NCBI GenBank assembly: GCA_963805945.1
Contig: CAWDVP010000001.1
Span: 160,001-224,000, forward strand
Reading direction: 5' to 3'
DNA length: 64,000 bases
Source: Vulcanimicrobiota bacterium
Lineage (GTDB): Bacteria > Vulcanimicrobiota > Vulcanimicrobiia > Eremiobacterales > Eremiobacteraceae
Positions 60,992-64,000 of the stretch are shown here, one piece after another; position 1 is the stretch's first letter; every line of letters begins with the position of its first letter. Position numbers and translations under genes: made by a program. The notes beneath the pieces are model-generated. The model saw only the letters and a program-made list of their open reading frames with translations. It was not told the origin of the DNA and ran no database searches.

Positions 60992-62304
60992 GCAAGAAGG
61001 AAGTCGTGCGCCGCGCCAAAGAGCTCGGCATCAAGTTCGTGCGGCTGCAGTTCGCCGACATCCACGGCGTCACCAAGAACGTCGCCATCCCGGTGCGCGA
61101 GCTCGAGACCGCGCTCGAAGGCAAGGTCGAGTTCGACGGCTCGTGCATCGAGGGTTTCGTCCGCAACGAAGAGTCGGACATGTGCCTTGCGCCGGATCCG
61201 GGGACGTTCGCGGTCTTGCCGGGACCGCCCGGTGCGCCGCTCGAGGCGCGCCTCATGTGCGACGTGCGCAACCTCGACGGCACGCCGTTCGAGGGCTGCA
61301 CCCGCAGCGCGTTGCGCCGGGTGGTGGACGAGGCGGCCGAACTCGGCTTCGAGGTCCACGCCAGCGCGGAATTGGAGTTCTTCCTCTTCGAGCCGGACGC
61401 CGCGGGCCTGCCGACCACCGTCACGAGCGATCGCGGCTCGTATTTCGACCTCGGGCCGATCGACCGCGGCGACGTCGCGCGACGCGACGTGAGCTTGGCG
61501 CTCGAGGAGATGGGTATCCGCGTCGACGCCACGCATCACGAGGTCTCGCACGGCCAGCACGAGGTCGATCTCGCTTACACGGACGCGCTTTCGCTGGCGG
61601 ATGCGATCGCGACGGCGCGCGTCGTGGTGAAGACGGTGGCGGCGCGGCATGGCCTGCACGCCACCTTCATGCCGAAGCCATTGCTCAAGCAAGACGGCAG
61701 CGGGCTGCACGTCGCCCAATACCTCACGCGCGACGGAGTCAACGCATTCTACGACGAGGGCGACCCGCTGCGCCTGAGCGAGACCGGCCTGGCATGCGTC
61801 GGCGGCTTGCTCGCCCATGCGCGAGGACTGACGGCGATCACCAATCCGACCGTCAATTCCTACAAGCGCCTCGTGCCCGGCTACGACGCGCCGTCCTACG
61901 TCCAATGGTCGCAGCGCGCGAAGAGCTCGCTTGTGCGTGTGCCTGCCGACCCGGGCGGGATCCGCATCGAGCTGCGCTCGCCCGATCCCTCGTGCAATCC
62001 GTACCTAGCGATTGCGTGCATCGTCAAGGCCGGCCTGGACGGCATTCGCCGAAAACTGGTTCCGGGCGACCCTGTCGAAGTGAGTCTTGCGCAGCTGAGC
62101 GACGACGAGCGCGCCGCGCTCGGCGTGGAGCAGCTGCCCGCCTCGCTTCAGGAAGCCGTCAGCGCGCTCGACGCGGACGCGGTGATCCGCGCGACGTTGG
62201 GCGACCATACCTACCACCGCTTCCGGGAGGCCAAGCTGGCCGAATGGGAAGCGTATCGCACCCAAGTGCATCCCTGGGAGATCGATGCCTACCTCTCGTC
62301 ATAA
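60988..62304 (+). CDS. Glutamine synthetase family protein (GSI-alpha-like, non-canonical motifs)
   Basis: FDGSCIEGF, ELEFFLF, HHEV..GQHE, ATFMPKP, NSYKRLVPG, RIELRSPD. Confidence 0.9.
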   Translation: MSKKEVVRRAKELGIKFVRLQFADIHGVTKNVAIPVRELETALEGKVEFDGSCIEGFVRNEESDMCLAPDPGTFAVLPGPPGAPLEARLMCDVRNLDGTPFEGCTRSALRRVVDEAAELGFEVHASAELEFFLFEPDAAGLPTTVTSDRGSYFDLGPIDRGDVARRDVSLALEEMGIRVDATHHEVSHGQHEVDLAYTDALSLADAIATARVVVKTVAARHGLHATFMPKPLLKQDGSGLHVAQYLTRDGVNAFYDEGDPLRLSETGLACVGGLLAHARGLTAITNPTVNSYKRLVPGYDAPSYVQWSQRAKSSLVRVPADPGGIRIELRSPDPSCNPYLAIACIVKAGLDGIRRKLVPGDPVEVSLAQLSDDERAALGVEQLPASLQEAVSALDADAVIRATLGDHTYHRFREAKLAEWEAYRTQVHPWEIDAYLSS

Positions 62305-62310
62305 TCAATA

Positions 62311-63030
62311 ATGAAGATGGAACGCAGCGACAGAAGCATACTGCTCGTCGACGACGAGCCGCAGATCGTCGAAGTGCTCGATCGCTACCTGAGCGATGAG
62401 GGCTTCTTCGTGCATAAGGCGTACGACGGCCCCAGCGCGGTGAAGCTCGCCGCGCAGGAGCAGCCCGATCTCATCCTGCTCGATCTCAAGCTGCCGGGCA
62501 TGTCCGGCTTCGAGGCGTTCCGCGAGATCCGCGCGCTTTCCGGCGTGCCGATCATCATGCTCACGTCGCGCGGCGATGAGGTCGACAAGATCGTCGGTCT
62601 CGAGCTCGGCGCCGACGATTACATCACCAAGCCGTTCAGCCCGCGCGAGGTGGTCGCCCGCATCAAAGCGGTGCTGCGGCGGTCGACCGCTCGGGCGGCT
62701 GCGCACGGCCACGACGAGCACGCCGCGGCGATCCGCGCGCACGACATCGAGATCGACCCGGAGGAGCACGAGGTCCGCATCGGCGGGCGCGCCGTGGCGC
62801 TGACGCCCACCGAGTTCCGCATCTTGGAGCTGCTGGCGGCGACACCGGGCCGGACATTTTCGCGGACGCAGCTGCTGGACAAGATCCGCGGCGACGACCT
62901 CGAGATCTACGATCGCACGCTGGACCGCCACGTCGCCAATCTCCGGCACAAGATCGAGGTGGATCCGGCGAACCCGCAGTACATCGTGACCGTCTTCGGC
63001 GTCGGGTATAAGATGGCGAAGCAAGCATGA
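62311..63030 (+). CDS. OmpR family response regulator
   Basis: LLVDDE, LLDLKLP, GADDYITKPF, winged helix TVFGVGY. Confidence 0.95.
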   Translation: MKMERSDRSILLVDDEPQIVEVLDRYLSDEGFFVHKAYDGPSAVKLAAQEQPDLILLDLKLPGMSGFEAFREIRALSGVPIIMLTSRGDEVDKIVGLELGADDYITKPFSPREVVARIKAVLRRSTARAAAHGHDEHAAAIRAHDIEIDPEEHEVRIGGRAVALTPTEFRILELLAATPGRTFSRTQLLDKIRGDDLEIYDRTLDRHVANLRHKIEVDPANPQYIVTVFGVGYKMAKQA

Positions 63031-63764
63031 TGCATCGCGACGCGCCGCGGGTCGGCGAACTGGTGCACGAGATGCGCAACCAGCTCGCGGTGGCGCGCGC
63101 CAATCTCGAGGCCTTCCTCGACGGCAAGCTCTCGCCGAACGCCGAGCGTTTGGAGGCCGTGCTCCAAACCCTGCGCGAGCTGGAAGAGCTGATCAAAGAC
63201 CTGCGCGTGATGCAGCTGGACGCGCCGACGACCTCGCGCATGCAGGAGATCGACGTCTGCGCGCTGCTGCAGAGCGAATACACCGCTGTCGAGGCCGTGG
63301 CGGTCGAGAAGCGCGTGTCGCTCTCGGTGTTCCGCTGCCCGCATCCGAACGGAGCCTGCCAGCGCTTTCTCGGCGATCCCGTCCGCGTCTCGCAGATCGT
63401 GAAGAACCTGATGCTCAACGCGGTGCGCTACACGCCGGCGGGTGGTTCGGTGGCCGTGGATTGCAGCCGGCGGGCCGACCAGCTCGAGGTGCGGATCAGC
63501 GATTCTGGCCCGGGCGTCGACGACGTCGACGCCGGGCACATCTTTGAATCGGGCTATCGCGGTGCGAGCACTGACCAGAGCGCCGGCACCGGGGTGGGGC
63601 TCTCCGTCGTCAAGCGGCTCGTCGAGGAGCACGGCGGTTCCATAACGCTCGGCCCCAAGACGCCCAAGGGAGCGACATTCACGCTGCGACTACCCGGCTG
63701 GCTGCCCGAGGACCACAAGTCCTGCGCGGTCGAGGGCTGCGACATCTGCTCGCCTAGCCCCTAA
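63027..63764 (+). CDS. Short cytoplasmic histidine kinase (HisKA + HATPase, no sensor domain)
   Basis: HEMRNQL near residue 14, NLMLNAVRY, DSGPG, GTGVGL. Confidence 0.88.
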   Translation: MMHRDAPRVGELVHEMRNQLAVARANLEAFLDGKLSPNAERLEAVLQTLRELEELIKDLRVMQLDAPTTSRMQEIDVCALLQSEYTAVEAVAVEKRVSLSVFRCPHPNGACQRFLGDPVRVSQIVKNLMLNAVRYTPAGGSVAVDCSRRADQLEVRISDSGPGVDDVDAGHIFESGYRGASTDQSAGTGVGLSVVKRLVEEHGGSITLGPKTPKGATFTLRLPGWLPEDHKSCAVEGCDICSPSP

Positions 63765-63857
63765 GACACGACCTGTCCCGGTCGATGGACGCGGATGTGA
63801 AGAGCCGCTTCACATCGAGTTCGCCTGGCCGTAAGAGACGTGCGGTACCCTGGATGC

Positions 63858-64000
63858 ATGACGATCCTCCTGGACCGTGCGTCCGGAGCGCGCCTCGAGC
63901 ATTTGGAGCGCTATTGGCGCGCGGCCAACTATCTCGGCGCGATCCAGCTCTACCTCAAAGACAACGTGCTGCTCGAGCAGCCGCTGCGAGCAGCGCACGT
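63858..64000 (+). CDS. xfp: Phosphoketolase, N-terminus only (runs off right edge)
   Basis: Manual translation: [27 protein letters not shown]. Confidence 0.85.
   Translation, partial: MTILLDRASGARLEHLERYWRAANYLGAIQLYLKDNVLLEQPLRAAH

Noticed and set aside
60073..62304. 743-aa extended GlnA
   Set aside because: The upstream part is shifted PucR sequence; GlnA starts at ATG 60988.

Overview
GC-rich bacterial chromosomal window of mostly housekeeping genes: exbB/TonB-TPR, tyrA-aroF-aroH-rluB-rho, mpg, a TonB-dependent receptor plus lipoprotein, rsmA, an SbcD/SbcC-like pair, glycosyltransferases, two M16-like proteins, ftsH-tilS-smpB, moeA, pilT, serS, aceB, thiC with a TPP riboswitch, moaA, Rieske/cytochrome bc, pilins, msrB, tRNA-Ser(TGA), acyP, a class III aminotransferase-PucR-GlnA-like cluster, a two-component pair and the start of xfp. 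Diderm features combined with Terrabacteria-type aroH and a GAAC-N4-GTTC SOS box suggest a lineage such as Ca. Eremiobacterota; this is inference only. Many essential genes carry frameshifts (worst at about 36.4-41.4 kb), which points to uncorrected long-read errors rather than pseudogenes, so gene ends are approximate. There is no CRISPR array, prophage or transposase. Most notable: (1) about 16 GTAG/GGAG REP-like palindromes in three families, some inside coding sequences (rsmA, tilS, a prepilin leader, a glycosyltransferase C-terminus) and one inside P3 of the TPP riboswitch; (2) a likely leaderless, LexA-boxed gene for a degenerate RNase H-like protein; (3) a zinc-ribbon-capped, uncleavable pilin paralogue facing a normal pilin; (4) a structured leader ahead of a G5/3D cell-wall gene; (5) a sensor-less Cys-rich histidine kinase and a non-canonical GlnA.
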